The notes: generated by a model not told the origin, from the letters alone. 64,000 nucleotides of DNA from Promethearchaeota archaeon (GCA_048938105.1 JBHLMN010000014.1:99062-163061); one strand, 5' to 3'. Positions 32,145 to 41,517 are shown, numbered from the stretch's first letter. Numbers and translations are program-made.

Positions 32145-32450
32145 CCGTTCTGGGTGGAACTGAATCTTTTACGATATGATAAGTAATCTAAATAATTGTA
32201 CTCCTTGGCTTGATAAATTAGTAGTACTATTACCTGTAAAATCTTGAGCTTCAACTTAAAAATACATTCAATCTCTAAGACAAAAAAATTTGGGGATAAC
32301 TTCTTTTTGGTCTACAAACTCGTTTTCATATTAACATATGAATTTCACACTTAGATTTTCTCAAACCAAGCTTCAAAAAGTTAATATTTGAATATTAACA
32401 CAGGAATTGTTAAATCACCTAATCCATTATTAGGTGGAGAGTACTTTATT

Positions 32451-33407
32451 ATGGGAATGACTTCTGATTTCGACATGATAATAGTCGGTGGTGGGCCAGG
32501 AGGTATGGCTGCTGCTATTTATGGTTCACGCATGGGTTGGAAGACATTAGTACTAGAAAAGGAGGCAATAGGAGGTTTAGCAGCGAAAACTCCCACGATT
32601 GAAAACTACCCTGGTTTTTCTGAGATTAGTGGTATGGATTTTTCAGACAGACTACGAAAACAAGCGGAAAAGTATGGAGCAGAGATTCGAGAGTTAGTCG
32701 AAGTGACAGATATTAAGGCTGATCAAGTTCCCATAGAAGTAATAACTGCAACTGGTAGTTTCAGGTCAAAAGTAGTCATTTTGGCCACTGGTACGTATCA
32801 TCGCCATTTGAATATTCCAGGAGAAAAGGAGTTAGATGCAAAAGGAGTCTCCTATTGCGCAACCTGTGATGGCCCATTATATAAATCTAAAAAAGTGGCA
32901 GTTGTTGGAGGCGGAAACTCTGCAGTCACAGAAGCTTTGTATCTTGATAATGTAGTTCGGGAGGTATATTTAATCCATCGTCGCGATCGGTTACGTGCCG
33001 AGGAATCACTTCAGAATGAAATTCTCAACAATTCTAATGTAAATATAATTTGGGACACCATTGTTCAAGAGATTCATGGGAGTGAAGCTGGTGGAGTCAA
33101 GAAAGTGACCCTACTGAATAAGAAGACTGGAGAAGAAAGCTCTCTTCGTGTTAAAGCTGTTTTCATTGCCATTGGTATCATTCCCAATAACGAATTAGCA
33201 AAGAAAATCGGGATTGAGTTAACGGAAGAAGGTTTAATCAAAGTTGATGAGAAACAGCGTACAAATATTCCTCGAATTTATGCTTGTGGTGATATTACTC
33301 CTGGTCAAGGGCAGATTTCCGTTGCTGTTGGTGAGGGTACGACTGCAGCAATATCTGCTTTCCTTGATATGAAAGGTGGGGATTGGTATGGGGAAGAAAC
33401 TCTTTAA
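32451..33407 (+). CDS. trxB: Thioredoxin reductase
   Basis: GGGPGG, GVSYCATCDG, GGGNSA, HRRD, YACGD. Confidence 0.95.
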   Translation: MGMTSDFDMIIVGGGPGGMAAAIYGSRMGWKTLVLEKEAIGGLAAKTPTIENYPGFSEISGMDFSDRLRKQAEKYGAEIRELVEVTDIKADQVPIEVITATGSFRSKVVILATGTYHRHLNIPGEKELDAKGVSYCATCDGPLYKSKKVAVVGGGNSAVTEALYLDNVVREVYLIHRRDRLRAEESLQNEILNNSNVNIIWDTIVQEIHGSEAGGVKKVTLLNKKTGEESSLRVKAVFIAIGIIPNNELAKKIGIELTEEGLIKVDEKQRTNIPRIYACGDITPGQGQISVAVGEGTTAAISAFLDMKGGDWYGEETL

Positions 33408-33422
33408 TGGCAGAGAACTCTC

Positions 33423-33935
33423 TTGAATCTCAAAGAATCTTCTACTTCGGTTGCTCTTGATAAAGTATCTGCTCATTTTAGTGCCTCCCATGCACTAATT
33501 TCTGATGATTACGAAGAAGGATTTCATGGACATAATTATCAGGTTGAGGTAGAAGTTGAGGGGGAAATAGATGAGAATAACATGATAATTGACTTTGTTT
33601 TTCTAGAGAATCTCATTTGCAGAATCGTTTCATCCTGGGATCATTATGTTCTGCTTCCATCAAATAATAGGTACATAGAATTCAAAGAAAACAACCATAA
33701 TATGGAAATTATGTATGGAGATCGTTACTATTCTATTCCCAAAACAGAAATTAAAATGTTAGATTGCACTAACGTTACCACAGAAGCGTTAGCTAGATTA
33801 TTAGGAGGGAAAATCCGCGATCATTTGAAGAAAGAGGTTTTTTGGAAAAGAATCGAGGCTATTAAAGTTACAATATGGGAAACATCCCGTTATCGCGCAA
33901 GTTATACTATTAAAACCAATTTCTCAGAATATTAA
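33423..33935 (+). CDS. 6-pyruvoyl-tetrahydropterin synthase family protein (PTPS-III-like)
   Basis: HFSASH, EEGFHGHNY (Glu, no Cys), WDH, TTEALA, IWET. Confidence 0.85.
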   Translation: MNLKESSTSVALDKVSAHFSASHALISDDYEEGFHGHNYQVEVEVEGEIDENNMIIDFVFLENLICRIVSSWDHYVLLPSNNRYIEFKENNHNMEIMYGDRYYSIPKTEIKMLDCTNVTTEALARLLGGKIRDHLKKEVFWKRIEAIKVTIWETSRYRASYTIKTNFSEY

Positions 33936-34722
33936 CAATATTAGTTTTTGGAAATCCTGAAATTTGTTGCCCTTGGCAAGTTAAATTGTAACGTAGTCCA
34001 TTATGTTGAGAATAATAAGTGTCTATTAAGTTTAGAGCGATTCGGAATTTTTCAAGTTTTTTTCTTTGTGTTTTCTTGATTGGGGAGTTTAATGTGCTAT
34101 ATTCCCCGATTTGTGTTCCAAAATCAAAACCAATTAATCCAATTAAAGGGGATTGAAAATGAATTGCCATAAAAATCGCACGATCACCATCAGTAAACCC
34201 ACCAAAATTAAAAAGGACTTGCCCTGGATTACACTGAGTAGTTCCCCAAACATCATTCTTGGTAATTAAATCATTATTTTCGTCAAAAAACCAAGAAATA
34301 CATTGTTGATTATCACCATGGGCATGAATTAATGTCAAAGCACCTTTTTCTATGGCCCAACTAATTGCATTTAAATCCCCATCAAGATCGGTGACTACTA
34401 TGGATGGAATAACATTCCTTTGATTGAATAATGTTGTTGCACCATCAACAGCAATCGTATGAAAATTTTTAGTTGTTTTATTTGAATAAGGGCCCAAGAA
34501 AATAGCTGAAAAATCCTTTTTTAAGGAGGGGCCAGCTCCTGCAATAATCACAGGTTTTTGATGAATTATTTTCAATTTTTGAAGGATTTTATCTTTTTTA
34601 GCGAGATTTAACTCTTTTAAATATGTTTCTAGTAATTTCGCTGATTGTTCATCGGCCTCTGTATCGAAACCTAACTGTCCAATTATCTGATAATAGCTTT
34701 TCTTCCATTCTAGCCAATTCAT
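33910..34722 (-). CDS. mptE: 6-hydroxymethyl-7,8-dihydropterin pyrophosphokinase MptE
   Basis: GAGPSL, AVDGA, VVTDLDG, HAHGDN, NFGGFTDGDRA, GFDF. Confidence 0.9.
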   Translation of the reverse strand: MNWLEWKKSYYQIIGQLGFDTEADEQSAKLLETYLKELNLAKKDKILQKLKIIHQKPVIIAGAGPSLKKDFSAIFLGPYSNKTTKNFHTIAVDGATTLFNQRNVIPSIVVTDLDGDLNAISWAIEKGALTLIHAHGDNQQCISWFFDENNDLITKNDVWGTTQCNPGQVLFNFGGFTDGDRAIFMAIHFQSPLIGLIGFDFGTQIGEYSTLNSPIKKTQRKKLEKFRIALNLIDTYYSQHNGLRYNLTCQGQQISGFPKTNIVNILRNWF

Positions 34723-34748
34723 TCTAAAAATCTCTGGTTAACGGTGAA

Positions 34749-34756
34749 TATTTAAA
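34749..34756 (+). promoter_or_regulatory. Candidate TATA box for the 5S precursor
   Basis: TATTTAAA about 25-30 nt upstream of the structured leader. Confidence 0.45.
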
Positions 34757-34806
34757 GACTCTTGAATGCGCTCCTTTTGGTTTGTAGCTGCGACTATAAC
34801 CATTTT

Positions 34807-34981
34807 GCGCCAATAACCTGCGAGACTCTGCCGGAAGTTAAGTTAGGTTCCGTTTCGATCTGTACTGTTGTGCGCGAGCCAACGGGAACATTGGAAAGCT
34901 GAGTATTGCTCGGTCAAAGGGCCTGAGTTACACCCGGTCTCATTCCGAACCCGGAAACAGAGTTTCCTTATCATTAGGCGC
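34807..34981 (+). other. Processing stem with BHB/BHL motif enclosing the permuted 5S
   Basis: GAGACTCTG 34822-34830 pairs with CAGAGTTTC 34958-34966; CCGG 34831-34834 with CCGG 34951-34954; bulges AAA and AA(G); GCGCC 34807-34811 with GGCGC 34977-34981. Confidence 0.8.
34837..34956 (+). rRNA. rrf: 5S rRNA, circularly permuted gene (3' half 34837-34905, 5' half 34907-34956)
   Basis: Loop C/helix III ACACCCGGTCTCATTCCGAACCCGGAA lies downstream of GTTAAG...TGTACTGTTGTGCGCGAGCCAACGGGAAC; helices I-V all pair; length 120 nt. Confidence 0.93.
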
Positions 34982-34989
34982 TATTTCCA

Positions 34990-34996
34990 TTTTTTT
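34990..34996 (+). terminator. T7 terminator of the 5S precursor
   Basis: T run just after the closing stem. Confidence 0.5.
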
Positions 34997-35248
34997 CTTG
35001 TATGTTTCCATCAGAATGTGATTTTATCATTATCAATTCTCTCCTTTCACACCTTGATTTCAGTACATGAAATCATTAATGTTTTATTGTTAGTAGAAAA
35101 GAAGTACTTTTGATCCTCAACACAACAATTGGTATTTCAATATTGCCTTCAGCTCTTGTAGCGATAACAGAAAGGTATTTATTCCCTAAATCTTACGAAG
35201 TTGGCTATACATATTTTGTGTGGGTTTATACCTACATGGAGGTATTGA

Positions 35249-36160
35249 ATGGTATTCTCATCGATCGCTCAAAGTTATTTCGATGAATTTCCATTTCGAC
35301 ATCGAGCTCGTCGGAAACCATCTTCAGGATATTTTTTCCTGTCCCACGCTCACTCTGACCATACATCTGGTCTTAAATCGAGTTTAACTGATCCTGATGC
35401 TATGATAGTTTGTTCTAAGGAGACAGAAGCAGTTATAAGGGTACTTTATGGTATTCCCCAAGAAAAATGTCTTATTATAAACCCCAATCAATCCTTGGAC
35501 TTCGATCATTTTATTGTTCACGCTTTGGATGCCAATCATTGTTTGGGTAGTATAATTTATGTAATTGAATCAAAAGAAGGATTGAAAGAGGTATATACAG
35601 GTGATTTTAGATTAGGATCCCCCATTTTCGATGAACTTAGTTTGATTAAAGGAGCTAATCATCTCTGGGTTGACTATACTTATGGGAAAGACCCGATTTT
35701 TAAATTTCCAACAAGAGAAGAATTAATTTCACAAATTATCTCTTTAATCTTATCAGAAGAGAATTATCCTTCAAGAGATGTATGGATTGCTGCATATCAA
35801 ATCGGTAAAGAACTTCTCCTTAAGACAATTAGCGAAGCGTTGAAAATAAAAATTTGGGCTTCAGATCAGAAAGTCTCAATCTACAAGGAAATTGGAGGAG
35901 AATGGGATATTTTCACTAATGATACAGATTCGAGAGTGTTTGTTGGAAGTCGTCGAATGGTAGAGGGATTATATGGAATTAAAAAACAATATCAAACAAA
36001 AATGTCAGATGCTTTACGAATCTCACCTACCGGTTGGTCAGCACGCTTACAAAAAAAACACTTAGACGTGCATTTTTTCCCTTACTCTGATCATTGTTCA
36101 TATTCAGAGGTTCATAAATTCATTGAGTTAGCCACAGCAGAAAGAATCACAAAAATCTGA
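35249..36160 (+). CDS. SNM1/Pso2/Artemis-like beta-CASP metallo-beta-lactamase nuclease
   Basis: FLSHAHSDH, DANHCLGS, YTGDFR, VDYTY, IGKE, PTGWS, PYSDHCS. Confidence 0.85.
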   Translation: MVFSSIAQSYFDEFPFRHRARRKPSSGYFFLSHAHSDHTSGLKSSLTDPDAMIVCSKETEAVIRVLYGIPQEKCLIINPNQSLDFDHFIVHALDANHCLGSIIYVIESKEGLKEVYTGDFRLGSPIFDELSLIKGANHLWVDYTYGKDPIFKFPTREELISQIISLILSEENYPSRDVWIAAYQIGKELLLKTISEALKIKIWASDQKVSIYKEIGGEWDIFTNDTDSRVFVGSRRMVEGLYGIKKQYQTKMSDALRISPTGWSARLQKKHLDVHFFPYSDHCSYSEVHKFIELATAERITKI

Positions 36161-36221
36161 GGACTCAGAAAAAAGGCATAAAGGTAATTTAAAATTCTCC
36201 CAAATTAATTATTAAATATGA

Positions 36222-38435
36222 ATGGAACCTACATTGAGTGTAATAAATCTTCGAGACATACGCGGAATCGGCCCATCAGTTGAAGAAAAACTGAAAACAT
36301 ATTTTGGGAGCGAAATGGCTGCTCTTACGGCATTACGTGAATCTAGGATAGCAGAAATATCCTCTATTGAGGGAATTGGGGAAAGGTTTGCCTTGAGTCT
36401 GTGCCGTAACCTGCATTTTCAGGAAACTGGAGAACAAATACAGAATTTTCTTAAAACAGAAGATGCTGTTTTGCTTTACAATCGAACAACAGATATAATT
36501 TCAAAATTTGCAAATACTATTTATTCTAGATCAAAATTATTTCTATTTTTTCCATTACCAATTTCAGCTTTGGAAAAAATCAGGAAAAGGCAAGAAATTA
36601 CTCAACGCGCACAAAAATTGGTCACTTTAATAAAAAAATCTCCTTATTCTTTCAAAGATTACAATAGATTACTCAGAAATCTCTCTCCTCTTAAAGATCA
36701 AGTTAACCAGCTAGATACAGCGTCACGAATTATTGCGACTCCTGATAGGCAGATTTATGAAGAGCTAATAACCAATGAAGTTGGATATCATTGTGAAATC
36801 CTCTTGATTGAGGAATCTGAACAGGTTTCAGAAATCATTTCAGGTTATGATGAAGTTATTTGGATTGGTTCGGATATTTTAGTTGAAGAAGGGTTGTCTA
36901 ACACAATTACAATTTCCGAGAGTCAACGTAATGATCTAATTCAGATAATCCCAGAAAAAATGCTTAGCTTCTTCGCACGTAATAAGAAAGCCCTTGAGTC
37001 AATTTCTGGATTATCTCAATTACTTAAGTCAATCCCTCCTGTGGAGCTAAAAACGATTCTTGGGGAGATAAACCTTGAAATGCTTATACAAATGGGCAAT
37101 GAGCTTGTAAATTTAGATGAATCAGGTGAACCAACCCAAAAGTTTAACGAGGAATATTCACGTCTTTTAATGGCAGAGCAAACCTTTGAAAATAAATTAA
37201 GTGAAGTTTTACTTGGATTAAATGAAGAACTGGAGCAGAAGCTTCAGGATACAACTGTTCACTTAGAAGGAGAAAAGATTCTTGCCCTTCTCAAAGGGAT
37301 GACCGAAGAGGATCATAGATATTCAGGAGATAGCGGAAAAGCAGAATTACGTGAATATTTAGATGATGAATTATATTTGGCAATTGAAGAAATAATCACT
37401 AAAGCAGAAGAAAAACTCATTAAAGAATTAGATTTAAGAAGCGATGAAACTGACTATATTGTTGGTATTTTTCCTAGAGAATTGAGATATCCCGTTGACC
37501 CTGTTGATGATGTTGTCAATAGGATTAAAACTTATCTACGGCAAAGAAGAGCAATAAAATCTTTTGAATTGAAGGTTACATTAGCTAAATCTCTCAAACA
37601 ATTTGAGGATGTAGCTAAAACGGCTTTAAATTACATGTTGGAATTGGATTACCATTTAATGATTGGGAGGTTTGCCCTTTCTTATAAATTGGCCTTACCA
37701 CGGCTTGTAGAAGGACACGGTACAGGATTATTAGTAGAAGAAGGTCGAAATCTGTTTCTAATTCAACAAGAAAAGCGAGGAGTTTTGAATGTGGAACCTG
37801 TATCTTATGCAGTGGGAGAAATTGGAAAGATTGCTGGTAATGTCGATGGTGAAAGAATTATTCTTCTATCAGGAGCTAATAGTGGAGGAAAAACGACATT
37901 AATTGTATCAATTGCAGTAATGGTGATTCTTGGACAAATGGGCCTTCCCATTCCATGTAAAAAAGCAATCATAGGAGGTTTCAAGGAATTACACTATTAT
38001 CGTAAGGCCTCTGGACAGATGGATGCTGGTGCGTTTGAAACTACACTCCAGACATTGTCTCAAATGATTATGAGTCCTAATTCGAGATTGGTGTTAGCTG
38101 ACGAAATGGAAAGTATGTCAGAACCAGGTGCGTCAGCTCGGGTAATTGCAGCATTTTTAGATCTATTAGGCCGTTCCCCTGACTCTGTAGGAGTATTTGT
38201 GACTCATCTAGCACAATTGATAGCCAAATATAGTAAAGAAAAATTACGAATTGATGGAATTGAAGCACAAGGGCTTTCATCAGATTTAGAGTTAATTGTG
38301 AACAGAACTCCGATTTATTATAAATATGCAAAATCAACTCCAGAATTAATTGTTCGCAGATTACAACAAGTTTCAAAAGGCAAGGAAAAGGAGATATATT
38401 CCTACATTTTAGAGGCTTTTGATTATCAAGAATGA
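36222..38435 (+). CDS. Archaeal MutS5-type ATPase (HhH plus MutS ATPase; no mismatch-binding or Smr domain)
   Basis: IRGIGP/IEGIGE HhH motifs, SGANSGGKTT, DAGAFE, LADEMESMSEPGA, VFVTH. Confidence 0.85.
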   Translation: MEPTLSVINLRDIRGIGPSVEEKLKTYFGSEMAALTALRESRIAEISSIEGIGERFALSLCRNLHFQETGEQIQNFLKTEDAVLLYNRTTDIISKFANTIYSRSKLFLFFPLPISALEKIRKRQEITQRAQKLVTLIKKSPYSFKDYNRLLRNLSPLKDQVNQLDTASRIIATPDRQIYEELITNEVGYHCEILLIEESEQVSEIISGYDEVIWIGSDILVEEGLSNTITISESQRNDLIQIIPEKMLSFFARNKKALESISGLSQLLKSIPPVELKTILGEINLEMLIQMGNELVNLDESGEPTQKFNEEYSRLLMAEQTFENKLSEVLLGLNEELEQKLQDTTVHLEGEKILALLKGMTEEDHRYSGDSGKAELREYLDDELYLAIEEIITKAEEKLIKELDLRSDETDYIVGIFPRELRYPVDPVDDVVNRIKTYLRQRRAIKSFELKVTLAKSLKQFEDVAKTALNYMLELDYHLMIGRFALSYKLALPRLVEGHGTGLLVEEGRNLFLIQQEKRGVLNVEPVSYAVGEIGKIAGNVDGERIILLSGANSGGKTTLIVSIAVMVILGQMGLPIPCKKAIIGGFKELHYYRKASGQMDAGAFETTLQTLSQMIMSPNSRLVLADEMESMSEPGASARVIAAFLDLLGRSPDSVGVFVTHLAQLIAKYSKEKLRIDGIEAQGLSSDLELIVNRTPIYYKYAKSTPELIVRRLQQVSKGKEKEIYSYILEAFDYQE

Positions 38436-38459
38436 TCTTTATATTACAAACAATGCTAG

Positions 38460-38533
38460 TGGGCCGGGACGGATTTGAACCATCGATTTGCTCCGTGTGA
38501 GGGAGCCGTCATACCGAGCTAGACCACCGGCCC
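38460..38533 (-). tRNA. tRNA-Val(CAC)
   Basis: GGGCCGG acceptor stem, GCTCC-CT CAC AC-GGAGC anticodon arm, TTCAAAT T loop; CCA not encoded. Confidence 0.95.
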
Positions 38534-38641
38534 ATTACGTTTTTATGTTTAATTTTAAATGAATTTGTAGTGTTGTCTGATTTTGTTAAAATTGATAAAA
38601 AAATTGTGTCAAATTCTTCATTAAGAGGTTATTTTAGATAA

Positions 38642-39352
38642 TTATTTTAGCGGTTCCACTTTAAGGATGAGTTGATTTTTAGCGATTCCAACGACTTTAA
38701 CTGCCTCATTCTCATTAATTGGTCTATCAGATTGAGCTTTCCAAATGGTACTCCCTAACTTCACCCGTCCCTCCTGAGTGGGACTGATTACTGAAATTGT
38801 CATTCCATTCATACCAATCAAGTGCGTACGTTCCCCTGCTACAGGAATTCTCTGTTGTGATCCCCGAACCCTTAACCAGATAACCATAATTAAGATACCT
38901 AATAACCCAATACTATAAGCCAATCCACGAATTGCATCATTCCATAGTACCAAACCGCCTGCGACTCCCAGAATCCCTATACCAAGAACAATAGGCAAAA
39001 AAGGTACAATAAAACTCAGATCACCCCCTTGTGTACTAAAAAAAGCAATTATGATGATTAATACAAGTATAATTAAGGGCCAAGTGAATAGTTGTGTTTC
39101 TTCGGATTGTGATACAAAATCACTACTTAATGTTAAGACAATGGCTAGAATCATTATTATAGGAAGCCAATTAAGCAGCTCAACAACCCCTCCACTAATC
39201 AGCCATTGTACAAATACAATTATGATAGAACCTAGAAAGATGAAAAATCCAATGTTATAAATAAATGGTTGGTCCAATAAAGATCCAAGAAACATTAAAA
39301 AAATCCCTATTGGGATTCCTGAAATCGGAACTTGCTGAGGATCGACAGTCAT
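38642..39352 (-). CDS. NfeD-family membrane protein
   Basis: Multiple TM helices plus C-terminal OB fold (EGRVKLGSTIWKAQS..I..NEAVKVVG). Confidence 0.85.
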   Translation of the reverse strand: MTVDPQQVPISGIPIGIFLMFLGSLLDQPFIYNIGFFIFLGSIIIVFVQWLISGGVVELLNWLPIIMILAIVLTLSSDFVSQSEETQLFTWPLIILVLIIIIAFFSTQGGDLSFIVPFLPIVLGIGILGVAGGLVLWNDAIRGLAYSIGLLGILIMVIWLRVRGSQQRIPVAGERTHLIGMNGMTISVISPTQEGRVKLGSTIWKAQSDRPINENEAVKVVGIAKNQLILKVEPLK

Positions 39353-39573
39353 TTTCGCTCGTTTTACTCAGTATGACATGTTCCTTTTTAGACTTTTCCT
39401 TAGAAGAACAGTTTTTCCATTATTATTCGTTGAATTGTTAAATATTATGGAGTTTTATCTTTGAATTCTTTTTTCATAACTTACTGGTATCTGAAGGTAA
39501 AACACAAAATTTCTTTCCCAGAAGGAAACTTGATGTTGTACAGCAAAAAATATCTCTGGAGATCAAGCGAAAT

Positions 39574-40956
39574 ATGTTAGAAATCATGGTATTCGGCGCT
39601 TCTGATTCTGTAGGAAAATCCTGTATTATGATTTCTGATCGTGATCGTCATGTCCTCTTAGATGCTGGCATCCAACTCCACCCTCGGAGGACTGGCTTAC
39701 TTTCAACTCCACCTGAAGGTGTAGATGAATTTTGTGAGGAAATCTTATCTGTACTCCTTTCTCATGCACACATTGATCATTCTGCTTATGTACCAGCTCT
39801 TTACCGGGCTGGGTATAAAGGTCAAGTACATATGACCTCACCTACAAAAGATATCGTTGACATACTCTGGAAAGATCACCTAAAAATTGAGGGTCCACAT
39901 CATTACGGTATTTCTCATATACGTTCAGCCCTCGCGAAAACTGAAACACATGAATATAATCGAAGATTTCGGATTGCACCTGGAATTTCAGCTGAATTTC
40001 TTGATGCTAGCCACATTTTAGGAAGCGCAGCTATCCTGGTTGATTGGGAAGGAACACGAATATTATACACGGGGGATTTCAATGACGCAAAAACTCCTTA
40101 CCATGATCCAATTGTTTATCCTGATCCTGATGACACTATTGATGTATTGATAACTGAAACAACAAATGCAAATCGAAACATTAGCAGTAGTAGGAAAATA
40201 GCTACATCAAATCTCACAAAATCGTTGTTAAAGTGTTATTCTCGCGGTGGAAAAGCAATTATTCCATCATTTGCATTAGGAAGAAGCCAAGAAATTCAAG
40301 CGTACTTAACTAGCGATTTTGATTCTTTTCTTTACAAATTCCCCCTTTATATTGATGGAATGATCTTGGATATGAATTCAATTTATCAAAGATATCTGAA
40401 TGAAAAGTGGGTTTCACCACGTATTCTCATCGAATTAAAAGAAAGAGGGTATAGAACTCCTTTTGAGCATGAGGGGCTTAGAACTGTTGATGAAGTTTCT
40501 TACACAGGAACGAGAGGAAAAAAACGCGAAAAATTGGCTTCTCAAGATAAGGCAAGTATCATTTTGACAACTTCTGGAATGCTTGAGGGAGGACCTGTTT
40601 ATGATTATCTTCGTTTTGGAGGAAGTAATCCTCTTAATGGTCTGTATATCGTTGGATATCAGGTCAAAGGAACCCTTGGATCGGATATTATATCTGGTAA
40701 AAGAGATATATCATTAGATAATGGATTTGGAGAAGTTTTTGAAATACACTTAGAGTTAGAAGTCCAAAAATTCGAGTTTTCAGGCCATTCTTCATTAGAA
40801 GGTCTTGTCCAGATGGTTCGTTATAGTTCACCCTCATTAGTATATGCAATCCATGGAGAACCTGAAGCGCAGCATAAGTATTCACAAGCTCTCGAGACAG
40901 TTGGACACAGAGCCATAATATTATCAGAATATGAAGTTCTTCCTGATTATCCTTAA
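39574..40956 (+). CDS. Beta-CASP MBL ribonuclease (aCPSF2/YSH1-like)
   Basis: LSHAHIDHS, ASHILGS, YTGD, PSFALGRSQE, TSGMLEGG, FSGHS, IHGE. Confidence 0.9.
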   Translation: MLEIMVFGASDSVGKSCIMISDRDRHVLLDAGIQLHPRRTGLLSTPPEGVDEFCEEILSVLLSHAHIDHSAYVPALYRAGYKGQVHMTSPTKDIVDILWKDHLKIEGPHHYGISHIRSALAKTETHEYNRRFRIAPGISAEFLDASHILGSAAILVDWEGTRILYTGDFNDAKTPYHDPIVYPDPDDTIDVLITETTNANRNISSSRKIATSNLTKSLLKCYSRGGKAIIPSFALGRSQEIQAYLTSDFDSFLYKFPLYIDGMILDMNSIYQRYLNEKWVSPRILIELKERGYRTPFEHEGLRTVDEVSYTGTRGKKREKLASQDKASIILTTSGMLEGGPVYDYLRFGGSNPLNGLYIVGYQVKGTLGSDIISGKRDISLDNGFGEVFEIHLELEVQKFEFSGHSSLEGLVQMVRYSSPSLVYAIHGEPEAQHKYSQALETVGHRAIILSEYEVLPDYP

Positions 40957-41057
40957 AGATAAATTAGTGAATGAAGTAATTCTAAAACTCAAATAGTAAT
41001 GTCTTTTATTAGATGGGAGAATATCTTTATTAGATTGCAGAAAAAGAGGAATTTATT

Positions 41058-41501
41058 GTGCAAATACAAACAGTGGTAATATATTCCCCTGTTTTTCGTC
41101 GAATAAAGCAAATTCTCAAAGAAAATCCTATAATTGAAAGTGTTGGTCTTTGTTTTGGAATCTACGAGGAAAGTAGAGGTGTAATTAGAAATTTTGTATC
41201 AATGATAAATTTAGATGATTCAGCCATAAGCTTTTCATTGGATTACGAAGTTTTGTATAAAGAGATACAAAATCATGAAGAAAAAGGAGAAGTATTTGTA
41301 GGTATATTTCATAGTCATCCTGAAGAAGCTAGCCTTTATCCCTCGCGAAAAGATCATCATTTTATGCGTTATTGGCCTTACCCATACTTGTGGTTAATTG
41401 GTAGTATTAGAAAAGATGAATACGATCCTAAGTTAGCCATTTTTTCGCTTTTAAACGAGACAATAATAGAAATTCCCTATTTGATAGTCAATATTACATA
41501 A
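41058..41501 (+). CDS. JAB/MPN+ metalloprotease
   Basis: E...GIFHSHPEEASLYPSRKD JAMM motif. Confidence 0.9.
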   Translation: MQIQTVVIYSPVFRRIKQILKENPIIESVGLCFGIYEESRGVIRNFVSMINLDDSAISFSLDYEVLYKEIQNHEEKGEVFVGIFHSHPEEASLYPSRKDHHFMRYWPYPYLWLIGSIRKDEYDPKLAIFSLLNETIIEIPYLIVNIT

Positions 41502-41517
41502 GAGTTATTGTAGAGTT

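Noticed and set aside
34831-34956. CCGGAA direct repeat read as a target-site duplication or assembly overlap
   Set aside because: 6 nt is too short for a typical assembler overlap, and the flanks form complementary stems that place the repeat in BHB geometry; a read check is still needed
34868-35113. 81-aa ORF in the track
   Set aside because: Overlaps the permuted 5S rRNA and its terminator; no protein-like features
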